Made by a program: the position numbers and the translations under genes. A stretch of DNA of 64,000 nt from a virus (Duplodnaviria; Caudoviricetes): the IMG/VR virus record IMGVR_UViG_3300012344_000386, positions 64,001 through 128,000 of that record; one strand, given 5' to 3'. The notes under the pieces were generated by a model. It saw nothing but the letters and a program-made list of their open reading frames with translations. It made no database searches and was not told the DNA's origin. Numbering within the stretch: position 1 is the stretch's first letter; every line of letters begins with the position of its first letter. This document shows, piece by piece, positions 44,197 to 56,889 of the stretch.

Positions 44197-44514
44197 TTAT
44201 TCCACTTCTTTCCATATAATTCTATGTTTCTTCATATTGGAATCATATACTTCATATGAATTCCATCCGCTCGTGCTAATTTGCTGAACAAAATCTTCAT
44301 CAATATATTTGTCTCTCAATATAATTTTAAATTGTGCTTCAGTTTTATTATCAGTACCAACAAACTTCTTTTCTCGCATAATACTAATAGGCATAACAAT
44401 ACAAGCATAAGTAACAATCATAAGTATTGTTATAAGAATGAACATACCTCCATTCTTTAACACTTGTTTATCTTCTTCCTTAATTCTACAATTCTTTGCA
44501 TTATGTATAATCAT
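44197..44514 (-). CDS. hypothetical membrane protein
   Basis: 105 aa with one TM helix. Confidence 0.65.
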   Translation of the reverse strand: MIIHNAKNCRIKEEDKQVLKNGGMFILITILMIVTYACIVMPISIMREKKFVGTDNKTEAQFKIILRDKYIDEDFVQQISTSGWNSYEVYDSNMKKHRIIWKEVE

Positions 44515-44888
44515 AATTCTTCTGTTTTATATGTTTCCTTATTTGTTATAAAATCATATGAATGTCCAAATCTTTGATGACAATCCAATCCTATGGAAAT
44601 TTCAAAATCATATTTACCGATATAGATAATGTTTCCAGATTTAACATGTTTTAGTTTAAATACACATTTATTATCGTCTAATATATAATATAAAATATTT
44701 GTCTTATCTATTTTATTTCTTATTTTATCTATTATTTTATTATAAAAAATATTTAACTTCTCATATCGCATATGTTCATTGGGTGAATTATCTAATGATG
44801 AAACTTCATAGATACGTTCATCCTGTTTAATAACAGACGTATATCCATAAAAGTTTAATATTTCATAATTATCAATATTTAATATCAT
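44511..44888 (-). CDS. hypothetical protein
   Basis: 125 aa; first gene after the promoter. Confidence 0.7.
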   Translation of the reverse strand: MILNIDNYEILNFYGYTSVIKQDERIYEVSSLDNSPNEHMRYEKLNIFYNKIIDKIRNKIDKTNILYYILDDNKCVFKLKHVKSGNIIYIGKYDFEISIGLDCHQRFGHSYDFITNKETYKTEEL

Positions 44889-44915
44889 AACTTAATTGTT
44901 TAATTTAATTCAATA

Positions 44916-44923
44916 CAAAGATA
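44916..44923 (-). promoter_or_regulatory. Bacteroidota -7 promoter element (TATCTTTG)
   Basis: TGTATCTTTG ~28 nt upstream of 44888; drives the TonB receptor operon. Confidence 0.7.
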
Positions 44924-45001
44924 CAACATTTATTTGAAATAAGAAAACACATTAATGAAAATATATCAAAAATAAATAATAAAAGTATTTTTTAACGTTT
45001 T

Positions 45002-46072
45002 ATGAACAAGAATATCAAACTTTTATTGGAAAGTTTATTTGATGATGAATTTGATGATTTATATAATGATGATGCATCAAATAAAACATCTGAATTAATT
45101 TCAAATGCTACAAAGATAACATCGTTAGGATAGTGTGATAATCAAGAAGAGGTAAATGAATATTTTATTAATAAATACGATTTAAATAATTAGGTAATCA
45201 ATACAGTAGTAGCTGTTATGAATGAAATAGATAGATGTACGGATAATGGTTTCTTTTGGGCATCAAAGATGGATAAAGATAAATTATCTGATAAAAATAA
45301 AATGGTTATAATTAACCGTAATTCAGTTATTGATCCAGAAACAGGAAAATTTCAGGAAGTATATTATTTTATATGTTATATAGGTTCGGAATAGAGTAAA
45401 AAAATTGAATTTACAATTAAATAGGAACCTTATACTATTACATATAGAAATAAAGAAAAAGTATTAAAATCATGGGCTGTTGTATTTAATAATTTTGGAA
45501 CAGATTATAAAGTTATATGGAAATTAATTAAATATCCATCAACGCCTTTACGCCGACCAGGTGATAAAGATAAAAATGCGCCTATTAATAAAGTTATTGA
45601 TAAGATTAATCAAGAATAGTTTTCAAATGTAAATAAGAAAATTAATGAAATTAGTATTGCATTAAAAGGACAAGTTGAAACTATATTTAGCACAAAGAGA
45701 CTTGCTGATGAATTAACATGTACAGGTAAAGTATATAAAGTTACATAGAAAGACATTGATCGTATGGATAAATGCTTAATGACCGGTAAGTATAGTGGTT
45801 TTGATAAGATAACAAATCCTGATAAAATGGTTGCGAGACTTGCTGCTTTATTTATATGTGCGAAGAATAGAGATTATAAAGATATGCAACTTTCATTTAA
45901 TGACGATATTCTAATATCTGTTATAACTGGAAAGAATCCTTATAGAATATCTAGAAATATATATTATAATAGATAGGATTATATATAGGTATTGAAAAAA
46001 TTACAATTATTCCCTGATATTCATCTTAAAGATGTAATTGCTACATATAATGCATATAAGGATTAGTTTTAA
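45002..46072 (+). CDS. hypothetical protein with MNKNIKLLLESLFDD leader, 356 aa with TAG=Gln
   Basis: ATG 45002 is in frame with track ORF 45764; ends at TAA 46070-46072. Confidence 0.75.
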
Positions 46073-46090
46073 AAATAATATTATTTAATC

Positions 46091-49000
46091 ATGATTATAA
46101 AAAATAGTAATTAGGCAATAGATGTTTAGAAAAATAGTCACGTATCATGGGAAGGTTAGAAAAGCAGTAAAAGATTCTATGTAAAGAAAACAGAAACTTT
46201 AATTAAAACAGAATACGGTTCTGACCCAAATACTGTACCTAATATATCATGGGAAGGTGGTACAACACAAACATTTAATTTATATCGTAAAGAGACATAT
46301 TTAATACGCGAAGGCTTTTCTACAAGAACAGAAGAAAGAGTATATAACTATCCTAATGCCTCTTTTAAAAGTGGTGAGACATCAGGTTGTAAAATAAATA
46401 ATACACCAACTTAGTATGGTCAAAATACATATAATAATCCTTTTAGTGTTACATTTGAACAAAGAGATAATGCTTCATCAGATAGAACTATTATAATATA
46501 TGCAGTTGGGTTACGTGGCGATATACATGAACAAGCAAATATAACAATTACTCAAACAAAACGTGATAAGTATGTAACTAAATTAGATAATGCCGTTATC
46601 ACAGTTGATAATATTCCTGCATCTGGTGGAACTGTAAGTTCTGGTAAATTAACATACAGAAAAACATTCAATTCCGGTGAAACAGAAGATGCTTCTGAAA
46701 CTGTTACGTTTACAACCGTTTCGGCAACAACAAAAGGTACAACAGAATCAGGTGTAACAAATGTTAAAACAATTGCCGCAGGCGGAACTATCCAAAAATC
46801 AACAACAATAGATAGTGTTACACTAACACACCCTGAATTTACTGTTAAACAAGACGCTAATGTAAAATCAGTTAAAACAGGGGAAACTAAAACAACAGAA
46901 AGCGTTATTCTTTCTGTAAGTCCAACTGTAGTATATAGCTCCGGTGGAACTGTAACATTTAGTTTAAGTAGAAAATATACATTACATAAAACTGTATATC
47001 AATATTCTTCTGGTTCAACATCCGGTGGTGGAACTGATGCAAATCAAGGTCCAGAAACATTAAGTGCTAATAGTAATTATACGGTATCTGGTATATCTGG
47101 AACAACTAATATAAGAGGAGGATCATATACAATACCTGCAACATCATCTGCAAGAACTATAAAATTTCAAACAACATATGATAATATAAAATCTAATGAA
47201 GCTACAGTAACTCAGAAATTAGATGGTCCTGATACATCTAAAGCTTTCTATTATACTGATTTGAATATTACAACATTTAGTTATGCAAAAGGTTCATCTG
47301 GTTATCATTTTCCAGCATCAGGAGGGACTATAACAGCAACTGATTGTACATTGAAGGGTACATATATATGGCATTATACTTCTATGGAAGGTAAGACTTC
47401 ATAGGAAACTGTAAATTGGTCATTAAGTGACTTAACTAATTCAATGTATACATTTACACCAACATCTAAAACAGCTGAATCTTTAGGTACAACTACAGCA
47501 TCAGCTAATAATAGTTACGCTACAATTTCTGTAACAGTTAAAAGCCTTAAACATACATATGATGGGAAACAATATGATGTTAAAAATAATTCAGGTACAA
47601 TATTAACAGCTACATCTACTGCAACACTTACACGATAGGGTAATTCTGGAACACAGGCATCTATAGAATCATCATCTAAACTAAAGGTATCTGTAGACCC
47701 TACTACTTATGATTATAAAGGTGGTTCGGCAACATTAAAAGCAGTACTGACGAAAACATATAATGTATCATGGACATCTGGAGCTACAAGTACAAAAGAT
47801 ACGGATACAACTGTTACTAACGTCACTACTTTTACCGGCTCATATAAAATTGGTTCGAGTACTACTGATAATAGTATTACTGTATCAGATTCAAGTGTCA
47901 CTATCCCAAATTTAGGTACAAGTAAAGACAGTAGAAAATATACATTTACTGGTAGTTATAATGGCCTTACTGGAACGGCGACATTATCACAAACAGGTAA
48001 TACAACAACATATACAGTAACATTTAGCATCAATAATTCATATGCAAAATGGTATAGAAATGGTTCCGCAATAACAGATACAACTGTAACAAAAAAATTT
48101 AGTGAAGGTACTAAATATACAGATTTAACTCCGGATGAAACACCAACATGGATAGATGGAAGTAATTATAAATATACATTTGCTAATAATTATTCCACTA
48201 AAACAGACGGTAACGCTGTATCTAGTTCATCTACATTACAAAGTGACATTACATTATATGCTCGATGGACGCAACCTGACGCATATATTAAAGTATATTG
48301 GGACCCAAAAGGAGGTACATTTACAAAAACTGATAAAACTAGTACAACAACATCTACTATATATGATTATCATGGAAAAACATTTAAATGTCAACCTTCT
48401 GATTTAGGATATAATAACTATCCAACAAAAACAAATTATACATTTAAAACATGGTGTACTAATGCAGGTTTATTATGTTATTCAAACACATTTCCACTTA
48501 GTGTAAATAATAAACAAGGAATAGTCTGGGATTTTTATGCAACTTGGGCTGTAACAAATATAACAATTACATGGAATGGTAATGGTGGTACATGGGATGA
48601 CGGAAAATTATCTCAAACATCTAAAGGAACATATGGGAAAACAATAAATGCATATGGTTCAAATCCTACAAAAACTAATACAACTTCTGAAACATATACG
48701 TTTAAAGGCTGGGGTGAAACATCAAGTTCTATAAATACTATAACATTCCCTTATAGTTTGACAAATCCATCAGGTTCAATAACATTATATGCTATATATT
48801 CAAATTCAACAAGAAGTTATACAATAGAATGGAAGAGTTACCCTATATATAATTTCTATTCTAAAGATGACCAAACATATGAATCATCAACAACGACAAC
48901 AGAAAACTATGGTACAAAATACAAAGATATATCTATTCCTACAGGTGTTAAGGTTACTTTATATAATTCAGACAAAACAGAGCAATATAAGTCAAATGGA

Positions 49001-50092
49001 AGTTGGTATACTACTGAAACTGGTAATATAGTTATTAAAGATAATGACACTACAGTAACAGGTGATACTACATTCTATTTACATTTCAGTACAAATTATA
49101 AAGTTATATTAGATTGTAATGGCGGACAAGTATCTAGTTCAGATAAATCAACAAAATGGGAAATTTACGTAACATCATTTAAATATGATGATTATAAACC
49201 TGTTAAAACTGATTATACATTTGCAGGATGGAATATAAGAGATACTGACACATCTGGAACATTAACAGGTTCATAGAAAGTTTCAGAAGCAAAAACATAT
49301 TATGCAACATGGTCTAAAGATTCTGTTACAATTACATGGAGAAATCACACAAATGGTGCTGTGGTAATATGGGCAGATGGTACAGCGGAAGATAAAAAAA
49401 GTTCTGTTAAAAAAGGTACAAAATATAATGAATTATCAGCGCCAGCATCATTTGCTGATATTATTGAAGATGCTACGTTCATACGATATACTGCAGCATG
49501 GTATACAAAACCATACGGTGGTACTTTAATTTCAAAAACAGAAACAGCAATAACAACTGCGACATCTGTATATACATAGTTTACATATGTATCAGCTAAA
49601 GTTAGCCTTTATCCAAATGGTGGTTCATTAGTAGTAAGTGATACAACATATACAACCAGTCCATATGTTATATATGTAAAATCAATCAATTTAGGCAGTT
49701 ATACTCCAACGAGAAGTGGATATAACTTTAAAGGATGGGCAGAAACAAGTTCTGCAACATCAGGTTCAACTTCTACTGTTACAATTAAAACTGCTACACC
49801 TTATTATGCCGCATGGAAACAAGTATTTACAGTTACATGGAATCTTAATGGTGGTACATATAATAGTTCAACCACTAATCCTACTCAATCTGTTGAATCC
49901 GGTAGTACAGTATCATTCAGTACTTATACACCTACTAAATCTGGATATACATTCCAAGGTTGGGCAGAATCAAATTCTGCAACTTCCGGAAGCACATCAG
50001 GTAATTCAGCTGCAATTACATCGAATAAAACATTCTATGCTATATGGAAGTCTGCAGCACTTACACCAATACTTCTTATATTAGCAAGTTAA
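46091..50092 (+). CDS. large Thr/Ser-rich virion fibre/adhesin with Ig/BACON-like and InlB B-repeat (Flg_new) domains, ~1333 aa with TAG=Gln
   Basis: Track ORFs 47444, 48758 and 49361 share the frame of ATG 46091; repeats W/DxNGG..PTKxxYTFxGW..YAxW; ends at TAA 50090-50092. Confidence 0.8.
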
Positions 50093-50110
50093 TATAATAA
50101 TACATAAATT

Positions 50111-50151
50111 AAAGAACTGTAAATTATCAAAAAGATTTACAGTTCTTTTTT
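50111..50151 (+). terminator. intrinsic terminator
   Basis: AAAGAACTGTAAAT / ATTTACAGTTCTTT followed by a T-run. Confidence 0.8.
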
Positions 50152-50190
50152 ATTTAATAAATATTATACATAATATAAGAATATTAATAT

Positions 50191-51315
50191 ATGAAAAAGA
50201 ATATATATAAGTTATTAAAATTATATGAATCATCGTCCGATCTATTTGATGATGATATTTTAGGAGATGAAGAAAATACAGGCTTAATAGATTAGGAAAT
50301 ATCATCAAAAATAGCATCGAATGATTTAAAACCAGTTATCATAGATTTATTAGGTGTTGATAAGCCTCGTGCATGGAAATATGATAGAGATAAGGATGGA
50401 AATCAAATATTAACACATGAAAGTAAAATATCATATGGTATGGATGCATATGGAGAAAAAGTAATGAACCAACTTAAAGCAAAAGGATTTACTGAATATA
50501 CAGCATCAAATTGTCCATATGCATTTACACATGGCATAGATTATATGAAAGCTCAGAAATTACTTCGTCCAAATTATAATTTTCCTTCACCAGGGCAACC
50601 AATGTTTAATGCATATAATGCTGATATTGAAAAGTATACAATTTGGGTATGTCATACATTTCCTAAAATGCCGTCAATTATTCAAGATATATTTAAAAAA
50701 GATATGTATTGTCATAAAATATTATTATCTGAAGATGAAGGCATAATTTTTATGGAACATCGATATACAAATGAAGGTAGATATTCATTTAAAGATATTG
50801 CAACCATTAAATTAACAGGTAAAGTTATATATGATGAGAAGGATTCTGATGATTAGAAAAATATCATTAAGAATACTAAAGATAGAGAAAAACGATTATC
50901 ATTTTTAAAAAATAGGTATAAAAAAACAGTAGGTACAGGAATAACGCAATTTATTAAATATTTTGATTTAGATAAAAATAATGAGCCTTATGGAGTTATG
51001 TATTTTAACTGGAATAAATCTATTAATGCATCAAAGGTATCAAAGCAATATAAAATACCTGTATTCTTATTATGGTTATTATAGAAAGATATATATCCAT
51101 TAAATGAATTAGAAAAAGAAGATGATTCTGCTGAATATGAATTAACATCAAAGGGTATAACATTTGATTTTTATGCTATGATAGATACAAGATTTGCAAA
51201 TAATGAAAATACGGCAAAAGATCCTATAATATTAAGAAATGCAACTCCTAATTCATGTATAACTGTTAAACTATCAGATTATGCTTTAGAACAATATCAT
51301 GATATTTTCGATTAA
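50191..51315 (+). CDS. hypothetical protein with ..LYESSSDLFDDDI leader, 374 aa with TAG=Gln
   Basis: ATG 50191 is in frame with track ORF 50440; three TAGs; ends at TAA 51313-51315. Confidence 0.75.
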
Positions 51316-51326
51316 TAACAATATAT

Positions 51327-51357
51327 AAAAGGAAGATCATCATTGATCTTCCTTTTT
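51327..51357. terminator. bidirectional terminator
   Basis: AAAAGGAAGATCA / TGATCTTCCTTTT. Confidence 0.8.
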
Positions 51358-51648
51358 AATTTCTAGAATATATACACATTTATTTTCAATTTTCATACTA
51401 ATAATAGATGTGATAATTTTATCTTCATCTATTTTATTTCCTACACTCAAAAATGGTCCTCCATCTGGATCTATAAAATTAATATCTGTATAATCTGGTT
51501 TACAATTAATATCATTATTAAATCCGACTCTCATATAATGAAATATTTCATCTGGTCCATGTAACTGATATTCATGTTCAGATATTTGCTCAAGATAAAC
51601 ACCTTTATAATATCTATTATATAATTCTATTCTTTTCTTAGTTTCCAT
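51340..51648 (-). CDS. hypothetical protein
   Basis: 102 aa containing FIDPDGGPF. Confidence 0.7.
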   Translation of the reverse strand: METKKRIELYNRYYKGVYLEQISEHEYQLHGPDEIFHYMRVGFNNDINCKPDYTDINFIDPDGGPFLSVGNKIDEDKIITSIISMKIENKCVYILEIKKEDQ

Positions 51649-51683
51649 AAATCTTTTACTAATTTCTGTTATATAATTTATAA

Positions 51684-52004
51684 ATGAAAATTATTAAAAT
51701 GTTTTATAAAATATATTATATTGATTTACATATTGTAGAAGATATTAAAAAATTATTAGATAAACTTCATAAATTAGGTTATCCAGAAACATACTTATCC
51801 GACTTTAGTTTTTGTCCATATCTTATTATTCATAAAGACTTTGAACATAACAAATATCCTGTATATGAAAATATAAATAAAGGATATTTAGATAGTATGA
51901 TGTCTAAAGTTATTCTTATTGAATGTAAATCATCATCAGAATTAATTGAATATGCTTATGAGTTAACAAATGATAATAATTCTATAAGCAATGGTCTTTT
52001 TTAA
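51684..52004 (+). CDS. hypothetical protein
   Basis: 106-aa ORF. Confidence 0.55.
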   Translation: MKIIKMFYKIYYIDLHIVEDIKKLLDKLHKLGYPETYLSDFSFCPYLIIHKDFEHNKYPVYENINKGYLDSMMSKVILIECKSSSELIEYAYELTNDNNSISNGLF

Positions 52005-52765
52005 TGAATTTTAAATATAGGTTCTCTATATAATGATATTTTATTACATGTATTCCAATCAAAATTAGTATTAAACATCAATGGTAATCTAAAAACATTT
52101 ATATATTCATCATTCATAAATATATCACAGTCTGAAGTTATGATAATATCAAAATTATCTGGAATATTATCATTTAAATATTGAATTGCATCAACATCAA
52201 ATACACATCCTTGAAATACTATATACTGTGATATATTATTCTTTATTTGATATTCATTCCGTATTTCTTCTAACCATTGTAAATTATCAACAAATGATTT
52301 ATCTATCATATTATTATCTTTATGTTTATTGTTATTTAACATATTCATAAAGATAATATCATTAAATATTGTTCTATCATCATATATTGGTTCTAATTCT
52401 ATCTTCTGTATATATGGAATGCATCTAAATAAATTAATGTCTAAAATACCTAATCTATAATTTGTTTGTCTATTATGAAATTTAAATCCATTTAATGATT
52501 TAATTTTTAATGTAACATTATAAGGATCATTTACATTATATGAAAAACTATTCCAATATCCATCATGGTATCTTCCTTTTGTCTCATTAAGATATGCTCT
52601 CCATACATCATAATTAGTTCCTCTCATATTAAGATATGAATTTTTCTTAAGTTCCGTAATATTATTACCTATTAAATTAGTTAATGATTCAACTCCTGTA
52701 TCATTAAATACAGAAGATGAATCATCACCAATTAAAATATCATCATCAAAAAGATTATCTATCAT
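52001..52765 (-). CDS. hypothetical protein (MIDNLFDDDILIGDD start)
   Basis: 254 aa, coupled to the topoisomerase stop codon. Confidence 0.7.
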   Translation of the reverse strand: MIDNLFDDDILIGDDSSSVFNDTGVESLTNLIGNNITELKKNSYLNMRGTNYDVWRAYLNETKGRYHDGYWNSFSYNVNDPYNVTLKIKSLNGFKFHNRQTNYRLGILDINLFRCIPYIQKIELEPIYDDRTIFNDIIFMNMLNNNKHKDNNMIDKSFVDNLQWLEEIRNEYQIKNNISQYIVFQGCVFDVDAIQYLNDNIPDNFDIIITSDCDIFMNDEYINVFRLPLMFNTNFDWNTCNKISLYREPIFKIH

Positions 52766-54189
52766 TATTTAAAATCATTTTCAAGAGATATTCTCAATTC
52801 ACTTAAATCATTAAGATACATGTCCTTAATAGTTGTTTTCTTAATATACTTAAGTTCTTTTTCAATCTCCTTATTCTTCTTAATCAATTCTTTCTTCTCT
52901 TCATCAGTTAACTTAGAAATCTGAATTTGTAATACAGTTTCAGGTAAATTATATTTCTTCAAATCTTCTTTTACATCTTTTCTCTTCCTATTAGAGATAA
53001 CTAATTCACCACTGTTAACTAATTCTATAAATTTACAAATATTATTGTTTTCCTCATAACGTTTTTCCATGACAGAAACTAATCTATCTTTCCTATCATT
53101 ATATTTGTTAAGACGAATATTAACAAAATATTTAATAAGTTCTTCCTTATTGATAAAATGCTTTACTTTCTTATGTTCATCAAGAACATAAAGTAAATCA
53201 TCTGGTACATATGTATATAAACCAATTTTCTTAAAAAGTTTATCTTTACGATCTGGTTTCATTTCACGTTCAAGTTGTTTCTTTGGAAATATTAACCAAT
53301 AATTCAACTTATCGTCCTGTGAATAATTCTTCCAATCCTTAAGATAACCTTTTTCTACCATATCATTAAGTTTCTTTTCAAACTTATCAAATCCCATATC
53401 ATATGGAAGATCTGTTACCTGAAATATATCATTCTTAATATCTACCTTATATACACCTGAATTCAACCATTTACCAGCATCTTTATCAAATGTGAATCTA
53501 TCTTCTTCAATACCTCTAACATAAGGTCTAATAATAGTTTCCTTAATATCACCTGTATTCAATACTTCTGTACATGCGTCGATAATATCAATAGGGTTAT
53601 AAGAAAATGAACTGAATTTATAACCTGGTGCCATACCTTCTGCACGTGCAGTAATAACAGTAGGAATAATAGGCCAATAATTTACTGGTTCAAGATAAGC
53701 ACCTTCATCAAAAACATATTCAAGAAGATCTTCATCTACTTTATAAAGTTTTGCGTATGGAGATAACTTACAATAAAGATAACGTGGAGCTGAAACAGCT
53801 TTTTCATCACGTAACGAACCATGTTGACCAGTTATGGTAATAGGATGCAGGTTATCACGGAACTCTGCAGACATTGTAAACATTGTATTTACCAAACTCG
53901 CGTCACCATGTTGATATAATGTTAAATTATAAACATCGCCAACCAAATTCAAATTCTTGATCTCAGACCCATTTTTCATACCTCCATGGAAAGCAGCATG
54001 CATAATCTTTCTAGCTCCTACTTTAAATCCATCAAGAAGACTCGGTAATGCTCTTGTAGCAATTACATATTTTGTATAATCCTTATAATCTGTATTTAAA
54101 AAATCTGTTATAGTTCTTACTACTTTCTTATTACTATCTTCAATAATATGTGCGTCTAAACCTTTAACTTTCTTTGTTGTTACTTTCAT
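52765..54189 (-). CDS. type II DNA topoisomerase, GyrA/gp52-like subunit
   Basis: RALPSLLDGFKVGARKI, YQHGDASL, catalytic SAPRY, EPVNYWPIIP. Confidence 0.92.
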   Translation of the reverse strand: MKVTTKKVKGLDAHIIEDSNKKVVRTITDFLNTDYKDYTKYVIATRALPSLLDGFKVGARKIMHAAFHGGMKNGSEIKNLNLVGDVYNLTLYQHGDASLVNTMFTMSAEFRDNLHPITITGQHGSLRDEKAVSAPRYLYCKLSPYAKLYKVDEDLLEYVFDEGAYLEPVNYWPIIPTVITARAEGMAPGYKFSSFSYNPIDIIDACTEVLNTGDIKETIIRPYVRGIEEDRFTFDKDAGKWLNSGVYKVDIKNDIFQVTDLPYDMGFDKFEKKLNDMVEKGYLKDWKNYSQDDKLNYWLIFPKKQLEREMKPDRKDKLFKKIGLYTYVPDDLLYVLDEHKKVKHFINKEELIKYFVNIRLNKYNDRKDRLVSVMEKRYEENNNICKFIELVNSGELVISNRKRKDVKEDLKKYNLPETVLQIQISKLTDEEKKELIKKNKEIEKELKYIKKTTIKDMYLNDLSELRISLENDFK

Positions 54190-54214
54190 TTATTAAAATT
54201 ATAGTTTCTTATAT

Positions 54215-55387
54215 TTATAATGTATTTTCTAAATATTGTTTTAATTCATCTAAAGAATAAAAAGTTTTATAATTTAAATTATTATCATATGCGGTTTTTA
54301 TTTTTAATGGATCTCTTACAGTCCAAACATCTATTGCTGTATTATAAAATTTTGTATTTTTATTTTTCCATTTATTAAGTTTTTCTATATCATTTAAATC
54401 ATTTTCATTAAATACATGACCACCATGTGTCCAATGATAATTACATTCTATATATAAATTTAATGATTTGACATAAAAGTCACAATAAAATGGATATAAT
54501 TCGGTTTTATATTGAGTTAATACATTATTAATGCCAAATTTATTTTCTAATAAAGTTTTAGATTCATTTTCAGGTTTTGATGTATTAAATGTACCTCTTA
54601 AACGTTTTGTTATATTAGTTTTCTTTTGAATAATATCTCGTTTATTTTCAACTTTATTTTGAATTTCTTCAGACATAAATGGTTTTTCCACTCCATATTT
54701 TTCAATATTTGTTTTTCTTACTTTTTCTGGATTAAATACACCACCATATTTTTTTATTTGTGTATCTATTGTTTTTTGATTTATTTGCTTATTTTGTGCT
54801 GACCATTCAACACCATAACGAATCAAATTTGTTTTCTTTATTTTATCTTTTACAAAATCTAACTACATTATATTATCAACACCATATTTTTCTAATAATG
54901 TTTGTTTACATTTATTTCTATTATTATAATGTGAATCACCATATCTGACAAAAAGAGTCTATTTTGTCTTTTCTCTAATTTCATTCATTTTTAATTTTCG
55001 TTTATCCTATATTCTTTTTATAATATTAGGATCTTTCATATATGAATGATCTATTTTATTTTGAAATTCATCGGTTTTCATATATTCGTATTGACATTTA
55101 CGTGAACATGTTTTCCCATATAACATATTTGAAAGACCATAATATTTTACATATTTTCCACAAATTGGGCATTTAGGTTTTTCTTCTATATTATATTTTA
55201 TTCTATGAAGTATTTCTTTATAACTACAATTATTAGAATCGTTAAATCTATGTAACAAATATTTTTTTATATCATTATTATTTTCAATTATTTTATTGGA
55301 TGATGATCTTATTCTATGTGGCATTGTAGTTGATGTGAAAAATAAAGAAATTATATATTCATCATTTATCTATTGTTTTTCTTCCAT
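54215..55387 (-). CDS. homing-endonuclease-like protein (Zn finger, KYGV repeats, Vsr/PD-(D/E)xK-like nuclease), 390 aa with TAG=Gln
   Basis: Joins track ORFs 55007..55324 and 54215..54826 through TAGs; CPICGK..CSRKC; CDFYVKSLNLYIECNYHWTHG. Confidence 0.75.
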
Positions 55388-55396
55388 AATTTTAAT

Positions 55397-56338
55397 TTAA
55401 TAAAATGTTCCGTTTACATTAACTGACATATCATCGATGTTTATAGATACATATTCTTTCCAAGGACAAATCTTATTTGTTATTTCTTCAGGAATACCTG
55501 AATTTTTAAATATATGATATAAATCCATTTGAGGACCATAATCAGAATATAATTTCCTAATATTCATATGTGTTTTATTTCTTCTAATTTTATTAAATCT
55601 ATTTTTGCCAGAAATATTATGACTATTTGGATTATTAAGAAATTTCTTTGTTTTACGAGGATACTTTCCTTTTTTAAATATATATGAAAGATAATCATTA
55701 TTATAACCAAAATATCGTGGAAACATAAGGCATCTCATTGTTTCCTTATAGAACAATTTCTTTTGAGAAACACTTACTTTATACATATATTTCTGTTTAA
55801 GATATGATCCTAATGCTTGACACATCAATGTTTGATCATTATGATATGACGTCCTCATACTTTGATATTCTTCATTGAATACATCTTTATAAAGCATATC
55901 AGCAGCAATTTTACATGCATCATATAACGTATGAATTGGTTGATGTTGCTCTTTATAATACTTTATTACATCATTAAACCAATCTTTTACACAATATTTA
56001 GGTGCAATAACATGTTTATCTTTTAAATAATCTGAATACTTATCATACATGATTTTATTATAATCAGAAAAACCATAATACCATGCCATAAATTGATCGA
56101 ATTTTAAATTACTATCAATATCTTTTTTACTTAAAATACCGGTATCTATATCATCTTCCCTAATTATAAAATCAATATGTGAAACATTTTTATTAATAAA
56201 ATCAGTTAAAATATTATTTAATATATTAGCTGATTTAGAATTCATACATAACTCTATTAGTTCTATAACTTTATCTTTAGATAAATTATAACCATATAAT
56301 GGTTCTGGAAAACTATTAATTATTTCTTCTTTTGACAT
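55397..56338 (-). CDS. hypothetical protein
   Basis: 313-aa ORF. Confidence 0.75.
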   Translation of the reverse strand: MSKEEIINSFPEPLYGYNLSKDKVIELIELCMNSKSANILNNILTDFINKNVSHIDFIIREDDIDTGILSKKDIDSNLKFDQFMAWYYGFSDYNKIMYDKYSDYLKDKHVIAPKYCVKDWFNDVIKYYKEQHQPIHTLYDACKIAADMLYKDVFNEEYQSMRTSYHNDQTLMCQALGSYLKQKYMYKVSVSQKKLFYKETMRCLMFPRYFGYNNDYLSYIFKKGKYPRKTKKFLNNPNSHNISGKNRFNKIRRNKTHMNIRKLYSDYGPQMDLYHIFKNSGIPEEITNKICPWKEYVSINIDDMSVNVNGTFY

Positions 56339-56370
56339 AATAATCTTTATATATTAAAACTTTATATTTT

Positions 56371-56871
56371 TTAACATCCACCACTCCAATGATGATATGG
56401 AGAACCATATGTATTACCACATCCTCCTGATGAATAATCATCATAATATTCTCTTGCTGTTTTTGTAACAGTTTTCTTCTTTTCCTTTTGTTTAACTGCC
56501 GTTATTTTTGAAGGAAATAAAGGATCTATAAAAGAATCATCAACATTTTTAAGAATTAAATGTTCTCCTTTATTATCTTGTATTCTAACATAATCATCCA
56601 TATCAATTACCGGTTGTTTTGGTAATATTTTATACATGAGGTCATTCATTATAGTTCGTTTTTCTTCCTCCTTCTTTTGTTTATAATCTTTAAGTTTTTC
56701 TGATAATTCAGAATCATCTATAGAATTAAGAGTATTATCTATATTCTTTATAGCTTCATCTATCTTATTAACAGAATCATAACTTGTAAGTAATTCATTT
56801 CTATTTGCATGGGATGCTATATAATCACCTACATATTTTGTTATTGTATCTATAATATTTTTATAATCCAT
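56371..56871 (-). CDS. hypothetical protein
   Basis: 166 aa; coiled coil; ends SGGCG..WSGGC. Confidence 0.7.
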   Translation of the reverse strand: MDYKNIIDTITKYVGDYIASHANRNELLTSYDSVNKIDEAIKNIDNTLNSIDDSELSEKLKDYKQKKEEEKRTIMNDLMYKILPKQPVIDMDDYVRIQDNKGEHLILKNVDDSFIDPLFPSKITAVKQKEKKKTVTKTAREYYDDYSSGGCGNTYGSPYHHWSGGC

Positions 56872-56889
56872 TTTTATTTTTATTTAATT

